Shown piece by piece: positions 1-11,514 of a stretch of DNA of 64,000 nucleotides; position 1 is the stretch's first letter; every line of letters begins with the position of its first letter. Below the pieces are notes generated by a model that worked only from the letters and a program-made list of their open reading frames with translations, made no database searches and had not been told where the DNA came from. Origin of the DNA: Squalus acanthias (lineage: Eukaryota). Both the position numbers and the translations under genes were made by a program. The DNA is taken from assembly GCA_030390025.1 (NCBI GenBank), contig CM059432.1, positions 101,310,001 to 101,374,000 of the forward strand, in the 5' to 3' direction.

Positions 1-793
1 TAACATAACCATGATGCTACCGTACCATACCTGGTAAACTTCACAAGGAGCTAAATCTAAAGAAAACCCGAGAGCCAGTTCAGCCTGGCCTTGGTACCAA
101 TGCAAAGCACGTTGCCATATAAGGTGGTCAATTTGATGCCGAACAGTGGAATTATATAACTTTTATGTCTCTATATTGGTAATGAAAGATGCAGTGGTCC
201 AATAAAATAAAAAAACACAATAAAAATTGAATACCTCTTGAGAGTTATAGCTCATGTCATAGAGTCATAGAGTCATTGGGGCGCTATCTTCGCCGGGGCG
301 CTGATTTTAAAAGTTAGCGCCTCCGCGGCCGATTTTCCCAGGTAGCGCCCCAAGAGGGAGGAGGGGCGCTACTGGAAGCGCCCCGCATCCCTCTAGGGGC
401 GCTGCGAGCCAATATCGCAGCGCTACGTGCCGCAGTGCCATGCGCTGCGGCACGTCGCGCCGCAGTACTGCAGGCCTTCCTCCCCTTCCCCAATCACTCA
501 CCTGCCAGCAATCTGCACCAATCACAAGGCACATCTCCCAATCCTAGCCTCACCTCAGCCCCTTGGAGGAGACGGTGTCGGCCATTCTTGGCAGGAGCAT
601 GGCTGAGCTCCTGGCTAGCGGCGGGGCTGAAAGGATACAAGATGCTGGTAACCTCATTTGCTATCCTCCTTCTGGCATGCACCTCTTGTTTTCCCACCCT
701 CCCCTCACCATAACTCCACCCTTGTGCCTTCCTCATTTCACACACCCAAGAAATGCAGCCTGCCCAGCCAGTGGTTGGCGAAGTAGAGGGATA

Positions 794-878
794 GAAAAAG
801 AACAAGAATAACAAGAAGAAGAACAAGAACAAGATCAAGAAGAAGAAGAAGAAGAGGAAGAGGAAGAGGAAGAAGAAA
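794..878 (+). repeat. (GAA/GAG/CAAGAA)n purine-rich microsatellite
   Basis: Direct reading; expansion of the acidic stretch of the Harbinger Myb exon 3. Confidence 0.9.
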
Positions 879-1101
879 CACCATCACTTGATTTCACACT
901 CCCAGCCATCAGCTCCTCAAGGTCGACCAGCAAGGCCATCTGCAGTGTCCGTCACTGAAAGTCAGCAGCCTTCCACCAGCCGTGCGGCAGCCACTAGGGT
1001 AGCACCACGTGACATCAGTAGGATAGACAAAGGCACACACAAGACAGTCATTAAGAGAATGCAGAAGGGTGATGAGTTGATTTTTTGACGTCATATTGGA
1101 T

Positions 1102-1565
1102 GAAAGAAAGACTTGCACGTATGTAGCACTTTGCACAACCACCGGATGTCCCAAAGCGCTTTACAGCCAATGAAGTACTTTTGAAATGTAATCACTGTTG
1201 TAATGTAGGAAATGCGGCTGCCAATTTGCGCAAAGCAAGCTCCCACAAACAGCAGTGTGATCATGACCAGATAATCTGTTTTTGTTATGTTGACTGAGGG
1301 ATAAATATTAACCTGGACACCGGGGATAACTCCCTGTTCTTCTTTGAAATAGTGCCCATGGGATCTTTTACGTTCACTTGAAAGAGCAGACAGGGCCTCG
1401 GTTTAACGTCTCATCTGAAAGAAGGAACCTCCATCAGTGCAGCACTCCCTCAGCACTGCACTGGAGTGTCAGCCTAGATTTTTGAGCTCAAGTCTCTGGA
1501 AGGGGACTTGAATTCTCAACCTACTGACTGAGAGGTAAGAGTGCTACCAACTGAGCCACAGCTGA
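1102..1565 (-). mobile_element. tRNA-derived Deu-domain SINE (SacSINE1-like), full length, inserted in Harbinger copy A
   Basis: Minus strand: A-box TGGCTCAGTTGG, degenerate B-box, Deu core TCAGATGAGACGTTAAACCGAGGCCCTGTCTGC, L2-like tail AAGCGCTTTGGGAC...GCAAGTCTTTCTTT. Confidence 0.88.
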
Positions 1566-2043
1566 TGGATATAAGTATAAAGTTGGATTGGAAGGTTTGC
1601 TTTGTAGTGGCTTTTATTTCAGCATTGTGGCCAAGAAGAGGCTGTGATGGTCAGTAACAGAGGGAAGGTATGGTGTGGGACTAATGTGGAAAGGGGAATT
1701 GGGGTTGTGGTCATTGGTACCGCAGGTGGATGATTCGCTGTGCAACGCCGACTTAACGTCACCACTCCGAACTTCGACCCTAGCGCTGAATTCAGCACTG
1801 GGTCCTAAGCATGCCAGGTAAACCTGGCGTTCAAGCAGGCTGACAGTAACAATGTTAGCACCTCTTAAAGGGACACACACATCTTTCAGGTAAGTTTGGA
1901 TTTAAGCTTTTGGACTGTTTTTTTGGGGGATTTTATTGAAGTAGTGACTTGCTGCAATAGATGTTAAATTTTTTTTAAGTATGTAGGGAGTGCTGCTGGA
2001 TGCTTGCAAGGCCTCGGATGGTAAAGGAAGGCCTCTGAGAAGA

Positions 2044-2180
2044 CAGAAATGCTACAATTAGTCAGTAGGTCAGGCAACGTCCGTGGAGAGAGAAACAAAG
2101 TTCACATCTCAGATGGAGATGCTGCCTGACCAGCTGAGTATTTCCAGCATTTTATGCTGTCATTTCAGATTTACAGCATC
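2044..2180. repeat. Short palindromic repeat, probable Penelope-like inverted pseudo-LTR remnant
   Basis: GGTCAGGCAACGTC (2068-2081) is the near reverse complement of GATGCTGCCTGACC (2118-2131), followed by GCTGAGTATTTCCAGCATTTT. Family assignment is from recall only. Confidence 0.45.
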
Positions 2181-2479
2181 GCTTGCAGAGGGAAGAGGAA
2201 GACACAGAAGAGGAAGAAGTCAAAGAGAAGGAAGCAGAAGGAAGGTTGCAACCCAGACAGCCCCTTTCTGGCTGGGATATCCGGGATGGAATCATCCGCT
2301 TGCGGTGCCAGTGACCACAACCCCAATTCCTCTTTCAGCATTTGTCCCACACCTTACCTTCCCTCTGTTACTGACCATCACAGCGTCCTCTTGACCACAA
2401 TGCTGAAATAAAAGCCACCACAAAGCAAACTTTCCAATTTAACTTTATACATCTATCCATCCAATATGACATCAGGAAA

Positions 2480-3306
2480 TCAACTTATCACCCTTATGCA
2501 TTCCCTTAGTGACTGTCTTGTGTGTGTCTTTGCCTATCTTACTGATGTCACGCAGTGCTACCCCAGTGGCTGCAGCATGGCTGGTGGAAGGCTGCTGACT
2601 TTCAGTGGGGGACACTGCAAATGGCCTTGCTGGTTGACCTTGAGGAGCTGGTGGCTGGGAGTGTCAAATCAAGTGATGGTGTTTCTTCTTCTTCTTCTTC
2701 ACTCTCCTCTCCCTCTTCTTGGTCAACCACTGGCTGGGCAGGCTGCATTTCTGGGTGTGTGAAATGAGGGAGGCACAAGGGTGGAGTTGTGGTGACGGGA
2801 GGGCAGGAAAGCAAGAGAAGGATAACGTATGAGGGCACCAGCATCTTTTATCCGTTGAGCCCCACTGCTGGCAAGGGGCTGAGCCATGCCCCTGCCAAGA
2901 ATGACCTGTACCGTCTCCTCCAAGGGGGTGAGGTAAGGCTAGCAATGGGAGATGTGCCTTGTGATTGGTGCAGATTGCTGGTAGGTGAGTGATTGGGGGT
3001 GGGGTCATGCATTGAGCAGTGTGTGAGGCTAGTGCTGCAGTTCGTAGGAAACGGCATTTAAAGATGCATTCACTGACCTTGACCAGTGGTCTGAGGTTAT
3101 GAAGCTTCTTTGTGCACTGGAGCCAGGTGGTGGGGGTGACACTGCTGGCAGTGACGGCCTCGGTGATGTAGTCGCACATCCTTCTTTTTGGAGGACCTCC
3201 TGGCTCCTGTGGGTAGAGGACCTCTCTTGCAGTGTTGACCCCCTGCACAAAGCTGGTGTGCTGCATGCAAGACCCTGGGAGCCCCTTCCCTGGCTTGCTG
3301 AGCCAT
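2480..3306 (-). pseudogene. Harbinger Myb/SANT-like DNA-binding protein pseudogene (deleted, frameshifted)
   Basis: MAQQAREGAPR..REVLYPQ..QCTKKLHNLRPLVK|GTCAGT donor; homologous to 5533-10180. Confidence 0.75.
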
Positions 3307-4369
3307 TTGTGTTAGTGCTGAAGCAGGTTTCCCATTTTTTGAGGTTCGGAAGGGAATTCAGCTTTAACAGCTGAATAATCACATTTGGGACTTCCTTTTA
3401 ATGTTATTTTTTTTGAAAGGCAGTAAGGGCTGAAAACTGAATTTTTTCACTGCATTTCAATTTGTATTAGATCTGAGTGCATTGTTTCTTTAATTCATAG
3501 CACCTTTAATTGCCCACAATTCCTTGCGAACGCCACAGCCTCGCTCCCAGAGGCTGTGCGAAGCTCGAACGCCATTTCTGGACAGGAACTTTGCCTCGGA
3601 GGTCTCCACTAACGCCATCAGGAGGGCATTGCACGGAAGATTACCGCTGCGCCACCAATCTCCAGCCCCCGCAGACAAATTTATTCTCCTTAGCGTTGCG
3701 GCCATTTTCAGTGGCCGTTAAATCCAGTTGCCAGTGACACCGCCAACTTTTGTGGCGAACACGAATTTCTCGGGCTAGACTTCTTCTCCCAATTCCCCAG
3801 AAAAAAAATCTCTAATATTTCAATACCTCTTCTCAGTTATGGATCGATCCAATCAAGTTTTTGTTAAAATATTCCTAGATAATGACCGCAAAATGATTTA
3901 GTAAAATTTAGTGACCGCAAGTTTCTGCTTCAATCTGCTAACCCCTTAGATTATACATGTGGTCAATCACAGATAGGATTTTATGCATCTCTTAACTGAT
4001 TACACTAAAATACTTTGCTCAAGTTTAATGAATAATTTTCATTAGGTGCTGACTTAACTTGAGGGCAGCAGTCTAAAGTGGACAAAATGAAGAGTAATGA
4101 AACAGAACTCTATGGCCACCTCACTAACATCCGAACAGACAGAGATTTGTTACTGGATAACCCAGCATGATTTGTGATCCTGTCCCCTAAACATGCATCA
4201 CACTTACTGGCCTATTGATAGCACCATTTTGCATAGCTGGCAGAGCCTCATTGACACTAAAATCACTGACTAGAATAAACTGCTGGTGTCTTTACATTGG
4301 AAAATATCACTACCATATACATGAAGGTGTGTGAAACACAGAATTTAAAATGCTTGTTTTACGGTTCTT

Positions 4370-4640
4370 TGAGTGGGTAAAGAACCCTGCCTGTTATTGC
4401 GCTAAGCTGTAAAGATCAGGAGGTCCCCATTTTCAGTTTCCAGCATATGCAGAGTTAACTGATCCCAGCAAGGCAGCAGCTGGGGACCTACAATAAACCT
4501 CAGTGTCTGAGGGCGATACACTTCTGTGATGCCCTGTAAAGTGGAATAGCCTGCAGATATTTACTGTTTAGGTCATCCTTGAAGAATGCCGTCTGAATGA
4601 GGTTGTGTAGGGCTGCCAGCCCCTACAGAACTAGGCCCAG
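4370..4640 (+). mobile_element. Old SINE-like interspersed repeat (unassigned)
   Basis: Shares blocks TGCAGAGTTAACTGATC and CTACAATAAACCTCAGTG with 35635-35925. Confidence 0.4.
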
Positions 4641-5714
4641 CAGATTCTGCTGAGGTTATTAATATACTTGATGCTATTATGTTTTCCGCTCACTATGGAA
4701 AATTTAATGGATGTTTGTCACTAGGCTAAGGAGTGTCGTTGTCAGCACTCTTGAGAGGCAGCCTGGTCAGATGAGGTAATATCGAATGTATGCTTTAAAA
4801 TAATAAGTCACTATGTTATGTCTCAACGTATACTTTTAAATAACATATCTCGAGTAATGTTTGACTGTACAAGTGTCCTTACCCATCTTTAACCTTATTG
4901 TAAGAAAAAGAGGATGTGCAACTAAGAGGTGCTGGTGGGCTTGCTAAACATAGTATTGGTAACTGTATTTGACGAGAATTCAAATGGTCAAGACACAGAC
5001 ATCTCATGACCACTATTGTGCAAGGACAGCTGTTAGATTCTTGTAAACAAGTTATCTATATAAGGCATACCTTGACAACAGATTGTGAGAACAGACTCGA
5101 CAAAGTCGTATCTGACCAAAGTGGTAACTTTTTGCTTTATCTATATTTTGTAGTGCAACTCTTTATTTTAGTGCTATTTAATAAAAGTAATTAAATACAA
5201 TGGCCTAGAAATTTGTTAACGCCTGAAAACAGGCGCGGCAAACGCAATGCACCCGTGCACACTAGCAACCCGTGCCCGTTCGGATGACTGCAGGAAGCAC
5301 GCAAACTTCGTGCTGCCTGCTGATTAGCACGATTGCGGCATTCAGCACAGAGCTGAACGCTCTGCTGAGTGCTGAATGCTCTGCAGGGGGCCCAAGTTTG
5401 TGCGAAGCTAACACCAATTAAAGCTAGCCTGCACTTCTTAAAGGTAGTCTGCACCTCTTAAAGGGGAGGTGCATTCTGCCTGCAGACCATCATTGAAGTG
5501 GCTGAGGAGAAGCTGGGAAAAATGTGTTAATCATGGCACAACAGGGAAGAGAGAATGCACCAAAGTTGTCCAATGCAGCTCTGGAGGGCTTGGTGTGGGA
5601 GGTCAATTCAAGAGTAGAGGTCCTCTTTCCACAGGGGGCCAGGAGGCCCGCCAGGCAACAGACAATAGCTCAGTGGGAGCCGATGGCTAATATGGCGAAT
5701 GCCAGCAGTGTTGC

Positions 5715-5908
5715 TGTGGTAACACAATACAGCTTCCTGTGACTCAAACTTTATTGCATCACTTCCTGTGATTAGTCCAGGATAAATACTGGACTGATCA
5801 GTTGGATCCTGGAGAGGCATAGAGTAAGACCTCTTTTGTATGTAGCACCTTTTTAGTTGATTAAAGCTTACTTTAAGTTCACCACGCGTAAGGCTCATTC
5901 TTACGACA
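5715..5908 (+). repeat. 5' LTR
   Basis: TGTGGTAA...TTACGACA imperfect terminal inverted repeat; ATTAAA at 5860-5865; 3 mismatches to the 3' LTR. Confidence 0.97.
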
Positions 5909-5909
5909 A

Positions 5910-5920
5910 TTTAATCAACT
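5910..5920 (+). promoter_or_regulatory. Non-tRNA primer-binding site candidate (complementary to LTR 5855-5865)
   Basis: TTTAATCAACT is the exact reverse complement of AGTTGATTAAA; no TGG next to the LTR end. Confidence 0.7.
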
Positions 5921-5986
5921 TTGGAAAACTTCGCACTCCAACTTTTTGGACGAACTCGGAACTAAGAATCCAGAGAATCACCCATC

Positions 5987-8900
5987 ATGGAAAACATCCT
6001 TAAACCATCGCGTCTTGACTTGGACCCAAACACCCCAGCAGCCGGTAAGGTGTGGAAACACTGGTATCGCACGTTTGACAATTTTCTGGAATATTGCAAG
6101 GCTGATGATGACTCAAAGTTGCGGATACTCATCAACTGTGTCACCCCGAATGTATTTCAGTATGTGGAGGAATGGGGCAGTTACGAGGAGGCAATTCGGA
6201 CGCTTAAGAGACTATATACTAAGACACCGAATGAGGTCTATGCCAGACATCTACTAGCTACAGCCCAACAAGGGCTGGAGGAATCCATTGATAAATTCCT
6301 CCAAGAGCTTCGCAGACTTAGTATGGACTGTAACTTTCAGGCGGCCTCAGCTGAGCTGTACCGTGAAGAAATGATCCGTGATGCTTTCATCTGCGGGCTT
6401 GCCTCCCCATTTATATGCCAGCGTCTACTGGAAAGTAAGACACTTGAGCTTCAGAGAGCTTATGACATGGCTTGCTCTCTAGATCTGGCAAAAAGAAATG
6501 CAGACCTTTATACAGTGCCCAGACCTCGGTCTACTGCCTTAACTACAGTCAGGCAATTTAAGAGGCCACAGGTGAACTCTATTAGGGAGGTCTTTATCCC
6601 TGACGATCAATCTGATGACTTCACTGATGAAGAGGATGATGACCCCACTGTGGCAGCCTCTTGGCAATCTAAGAAATGCTTCTTTTGTGGTGATGAGTTT
6701 CACCCTCGGAAATTCTGCCCTGCTCGCAATGCGTTTTGCAGTCATTGCAACAAAAAGGGTCATTTTGCAAAGGTTTGCCTATCAAGAGCCTCTACGAGGG
6801 CTTATCAAGCTAAGTCCTACCGAACTGCCCCGGTAAGGGCCTATCAAGATGTTCCGGCTAACATCTATCGTGCTTCCTCTCGGGTTTCCTCTCGAAGAAA
6901 CACACCTAGAGTTTCAGCCACTCTTTGTGCAACGACACCAATTACAGCTGCTTGTCCTCAGAACCTATTCCATGCAGCTACAAAAGCATCAATTAATGGA
7001 CATACTTTAGATGCCTTAATTGACTCAGGTAGCACTGATAGTTTCATTAGGGAACAGATTGTTGCAGAGTTAAAGCTACATGTTTTCCCATCGGACCAGG
7101 CAATTGCGATGGCTCAGTCATCACTTAATACCAGAATTTCTGGCTTTTGTATGGTTGAAATAACACTTAATGGTCACAGGTATCCCTCCACCCGGCTTTC
7201 GGTGCTCAAGGATTTATGCAGTGATCTTATCTTAGGGCTGGATTTTCAAAAGCAGCATAAGAAGCTCACCATTGAGTTCGGCGGATCCAAACCTGAACTC
7301 ACTATTTCTAATATACGACCTCGATTACCGTTCTGTGCATTGTCAGCAGCTTCACTGGATGAACCCTCACTGTTTACCAGTATCCCTCCTCGATGCAAAC
7401 CGATTATAACAAGGTCACGACGTTTCAGTCAGGAAGACCAGTCTTTTATTGCGGCTGAGATTTCTCGGCTTTTAGCAGAGGATATCATCGAGCCTTGTTC
7501 GTCGCCATGGCGCGCCCAGGTCGTTATTGTTAAGAACCCTCTACAACCTCACAAGAAACGGCTGTGCATTGACTATTCACAGACCATCAATCAATATACG
7601 GACTTGGACGCATACCCATTGCCGCGCATCGATGATATGGTTAATAAACTGGCTGAGTACACGGTGTTCTCAACATATGATCTGAAAAGTGCCTATCATC
7701 AGGTACCCTTGAAGGTCTCAGACAAGCCAATGGACGGCTGTATCAATTTCGTCGCCTCCCCTTTGGGGTCACTAATGGAGTGGCTGTCTTCCAGCGAGCA
7801 ATGGATGACCTGGTCAAACAGGAAGACTTGAAGGATACGTTTCCTTATCTGGACAATATTACTGTCGCAGGTCGCAATCAGCGGGAACATGACGCCAATC
7901 TCCAACGATTTTGGGATGCACTCCAGCACCGTAATTTGACGTTAAATGCGGCTAAATCCATTGAGTCACAACCAGCCATCAACATCCTTGGCTATTGTGT
8001 GGGCAATGGCATCATTAAACCTGACCCTGAAAGGCTTCGCCCACTCCAAGAACTCCCGCCACCTAAGAATCCGGCCTCCTTGCGCCGGGCCCTCGGCCTG
8101 TTTGCATACTATGCTAAATGGATTCCTAACTTCTCGGACCGAATCCAACCTCTACTAAAGGCCAGCACATTCCCACTAGACACAACGGCTGTTGCAGCCT
8201 TTAACCTCCTGAAAAAACAGTTGGAGAAAGCGGCTCTTCACTCCATCGATGAGAGTCTTCCTTTTGTTGTTGAGTGTGATGCCTCGGAGGTGGCGATCTC
8301 GGCCACTCTGAATCAGGAAGGTCGTCCGGTGGCATTTTTGTCCAGGACTTTTCAAGGGGCTGAGCTACATTATCCTCCAGTCGAGAAAGAAGCTACAGCC
8401 ATCATAGAGGCAGTACGGAAGTGGACTCATCTCCTAGCTCGCCAGCACTTTACCTTAATCACGGACCAGCGATCGGTCGCCTTCATGCTCGATAATCGAA
8501 AACGGACCAAAATTAAAAATAATAAAATCCAGCTTTGGCGGCTGGAATTGGCCTCTTTTGGTTACACCATCCACTATCGACCTGGCAAGGAGAATGTGGC
8601 TCCGGATACCCTCACACGAGCATTCTGCTCCGCCATGGTACCCTCTACGCTCGTAGACATCCATGATGGGTTGTGTCATCCGGGCGTTACTCGCATGCTA
8701 CACTTCGTGCGGTCCCGAAATCTCCCATTCTCTACCGGGGATGTAAAGAAGATGTGCTCGGACTGCAGAGTCTGTGCGGAATTGAAACCTCAGTTTTTCC
8801 GCCCCTCGGGTGGTATACTCATACATGCGACCCAGCCAATGCAACCGCTTAGCATCGATTTTAAGGGGCCGTTGCCCTCTTCAACTCGCAACACTTATCT

Positions 8901-9902
8901 GTTGACCATGGTCGATGAGTATTCCCGTTTTCCGTTTGCCTTTCCCTGCCCCAATATGCTGACGACCACGGTTATCAGCTGCCTTGAGCAGGTTTTTGCT
9001 TTCTGTGGCATGGCATCCTATGTTCATTCGGATCGGGGCCCTTCTTTTATGTCAGGAGAACTCAAGGCCTATCTCTCGGAACGGGGTATTGCTGCCAGCA
9101 GAACGACGCCTTATCATCCGGTCGGGAATGGGCAAGTCGAGCGTTTTAACGCTATCATCTGGAATGCGGTACGTCTGGCTTTGAGATCTCGGGGCCTACC
9201 CAACCAGCAATGGGAAGCAGTACTTCCAGACGCATTACACTCCACACGGTCCCTCCTTTCGACCGCCACAAATACGACGCCTCATGAACGGTTCTTCCGA
9301 TTTCAGCGTCTCTCATCCTATGGGATATCTCTCCTGTCGTGGCTGACTACACCGGGACCAGTGCTACTCCGAATGACCCCCTGGTAGATGAGGTTGAGCT
9401 CACTGACGTCAACCCTACCTACGCCTATATTCGGTATCCTGACGGTCGGGAATCTACCGTGTCATTGCGGGATCTGGCTCCCTGCCCGCCGAAACATAGA
9501 GGGACACCAGGGGATGATATTGTACCAGGCACATCTCTGGGCTCGCCAGGTGCCTCTCATCACGATCTGGATCTGACACCGGCTGGTACCTCACTCCAGC
9601 GTGCCAACCTGGGGCAGACTGACTATGAGCCCGTCGGGGCTCGCACGCGCAGCCACGATCCACCCCGTACCGTACGCTCAGAAACGGATCTGCCACAGCC
9701 CTGCCCGACACCCGTTCGGGCACCAGTACACAGTCAGGATCGTCCTGACCCCTCACAGAGCGGGCTGGATCACTCGGACTCTGGTCCACGGCCCGCGGCG
9801 GGTAAACGGGCTAGGGGCCCTCTACCGCTACGAGAACCCAAACGGGTGCGGCTCTCCCTCGTCCAGCGGTTACGAAATGGAGGGAGCATCCCGGCCTCCT
9901 AA
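5987..9902 (+). pseudogene. Gypsy gag-pol polyprotein broken by two frameshifts (~7728, ~9372)
   Basis: Two CCHC knuckles (CFFC..H..C, CSHC..H..C); PR LIDSGS; RT DLKSAYHQV, LPFGVTNG, YLDN; RNase H CDASE, EKEA, TDQ; IN HDGLCH..CSDC, IDFKGP, HSDRG, GQVER. No chromodomain or env seen. Confidence 0.93.
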
Positions 9903-9908
9903 TCTTTT

Positions 9909-9923
9909 GGGGGGGGGGGAGAA
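9909..9923 (+). promoter_or_regulatory. Polypurine tract
   Basis: G11-AGAA immediately before the 3' LTR TG. Confidence 0.9.
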
Positions 9924-10117
9924 TGTGGTAACACAATACAGCTTCCTGTGACTCGAACTTTATTGCATCACTTCCTGTGATTAGTCCAGGATAAATACTG
10001 GACTGATCAGTTGGATCCTGGAGAGGCATAGAGTAAGACCTCTTTTGTATATATCACCTTTTTAGTTGATTAAAGCTTACTTTAAGTTCACCACGCGTAA
10101 GGCTCATTCTTACGACA
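9924..10117 (+). repeat. 3' LTR
   Basis: 194-bp copy of 5715-5908. Confidence 0.97.
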
Positions 10118-11514
10118 GTTGCTCCGAAGACCTGGACTCAGTGCAGGAAGAAGTTTAATGACCTCACAGGAGTGATCAAGGTCAGTGAATTCATTTTCAA
10201 ATGCCATATCCCACCAACTGCACCACTAGCCAAACACACTGCACAATGCACCACATCCCCATCATTTACCTACCAATAATCTCTATCAAACAGGACTCAT
10301 ACCTTATATTCATAGCTTCAGCTCACCCTCACACAATTACCACTGATGCAAGACACATACACACATTTCACAACCTGCATACACTGCCAGCTATTCAACT
10401 ATAACAGGCACATCACCCAAACACACTGCACCACACTCACTGACACACTTCTTTTTCTCTTGCAGGAAAAGGTATCTCACAACGGGCGCCAGCAGAACCT
10501 AACTGGCGAGGGACAGGCTCGCCTGCATCACTTCACCCCCTTGGAGGAGACGGTGCTGGCCATTCTTGGGAGGGGCTTGGCTGGGCCTGTGGCCAGCGGC
10601 GGGGCTGAAAGATACAAGATGCCGGTATCCTCATATATTATAAGAACATACGAATTAGGAGCAGGAGTGGGTGCCTTGAGCCTGCTCCGCCATTCAATAA
10701 GGTCATGGCTGATCTTCGAACTCAACTCCATCTTCCCGCCCGATCTCCATATCCCTTGATTCCCCGAGAGTCCAAAAATCTATCTATCTCAGCCTTGAAT
10801 ATATCTTCAACAATTCAGCACCCACACCCCTTTGGGGTAGAGAATTCCAAAGATTCACAACCCTCTGAGTGAAGAAATTCCTCCTCATCTCAGTCTTAAA
10901 TGGCCGACCCCTTATCCTGAGACTATGCCCCCCTAGTTCCAGACACCCCAGCCAGGGGAAACAACCTCTCAGCATCTACCCTGTCAATTCCCCTCAGAAT
11001 CTTATATGTTTCAATGAGATCACCTCGCATTCTTCTAAACTCCAGAGCGTATAGACCCAATCTGCTCAATCTCTCCCCACATGGCAACCCTCTCATCCCA
11101 GGAATCAATCTAGTGAACCTTCATTGCACCGCCTCCAAGGCAAATATATCCTTCCTCAGATAAGGAGACCAAAACTGTGCACAGTACTCCAGGTGTGGTC
11201 TCACCAAAGCCCTGTACAATTGCAGCAAGACTTCTTCACTCTTGTACTCCAAATTCTTGCAATAAAGGCCAACATGCCATTCGCCTTCCTAATTGCTTGC
11301 TGTACCTGTATGTTAACTCTTTGTGTTTCCTGTATGAGGACACCTACATTTCTCTGAACACCAATACTTAATAGATTCTCACCATTTAAAAATTATTCTG
11401 TTTTTTCTATACTTCCTTCCAAAGTGAATAACCTCACATTTCTCCACATTATACTCCATCTGCCGTCTTACTGCCCACTCACTTAACCTGTCTATATCCC
11501 TTTGTAGGCCCTTT

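Larger units (their letters stand above)
278..1735 (+). mobile_element. Internally deleted Harbinger non-autonomous element, copy A (Myb-gene remnants, shared 3' UTR region, last codons of transposase); left TIR not seen
   Basis: PLEETVSAILGR..GGAERIQDAG (560-650) matches Myb exon 2 at 10536-10624. 880-1085 and 1566-1730 match 15180-16340 with deletions. GC-rich AGCGCC/GGCGCT repeats at 278-470. Confidence 0.75.
1736..3775. mobile_element. Internally deleted Harbinger non-autonomous element, copy B (transposase C-terminus on +, Myb remnant on -)
   Basis: EEEE..RQPLSG..IIRLRCQ* at 2190-2315, AATAAA at 2407, Myb remnant 2480-3306 on -, TIR-like GAATTTCTCGGGC ending ~3775. Confidence 0.75.
5715..10117 (+). 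mobile_element. Ty3/Gypsy LTR retrotransposon, full length (4403 bp), recent
   Basis: Two 194-bp TG...CA LTRs, 5-bp TSD GTTGC (5710-5714, 10118-10122), PPT, domain order Gag-PR-RT-RH-IN. Confidence 0.97.

Noticed and set aside
31..159. Possible minus-strand host exon (LYNSTVRHQIDHLIWQRALHW..., CAG|GTATGG donor)
   Set aside because: Weak acceptor, no recognisable protein and no consistent partner exon; needs RNA-seq or a protein search.
2044..2180. Hammerhead ribozyme in the Penelope-like palindrome
   Set aside because: No CTGANGA...GAAA core is present in this copy.
7725..7790. Programmed ribosomal frameshift between the two Gypsy ORFs
   Set aside because: The shift is mid-RT, conserved residues appear to be missing, and there is no slippery heptamer; a deletion explains it better.
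9388..9902. env gene or chromodomain after integrase
   Set aside because: It is the frameshifted integrase C-terminus plus a Pro-rich tail; no signal peptide, TM segment or chromodomain motif seen.
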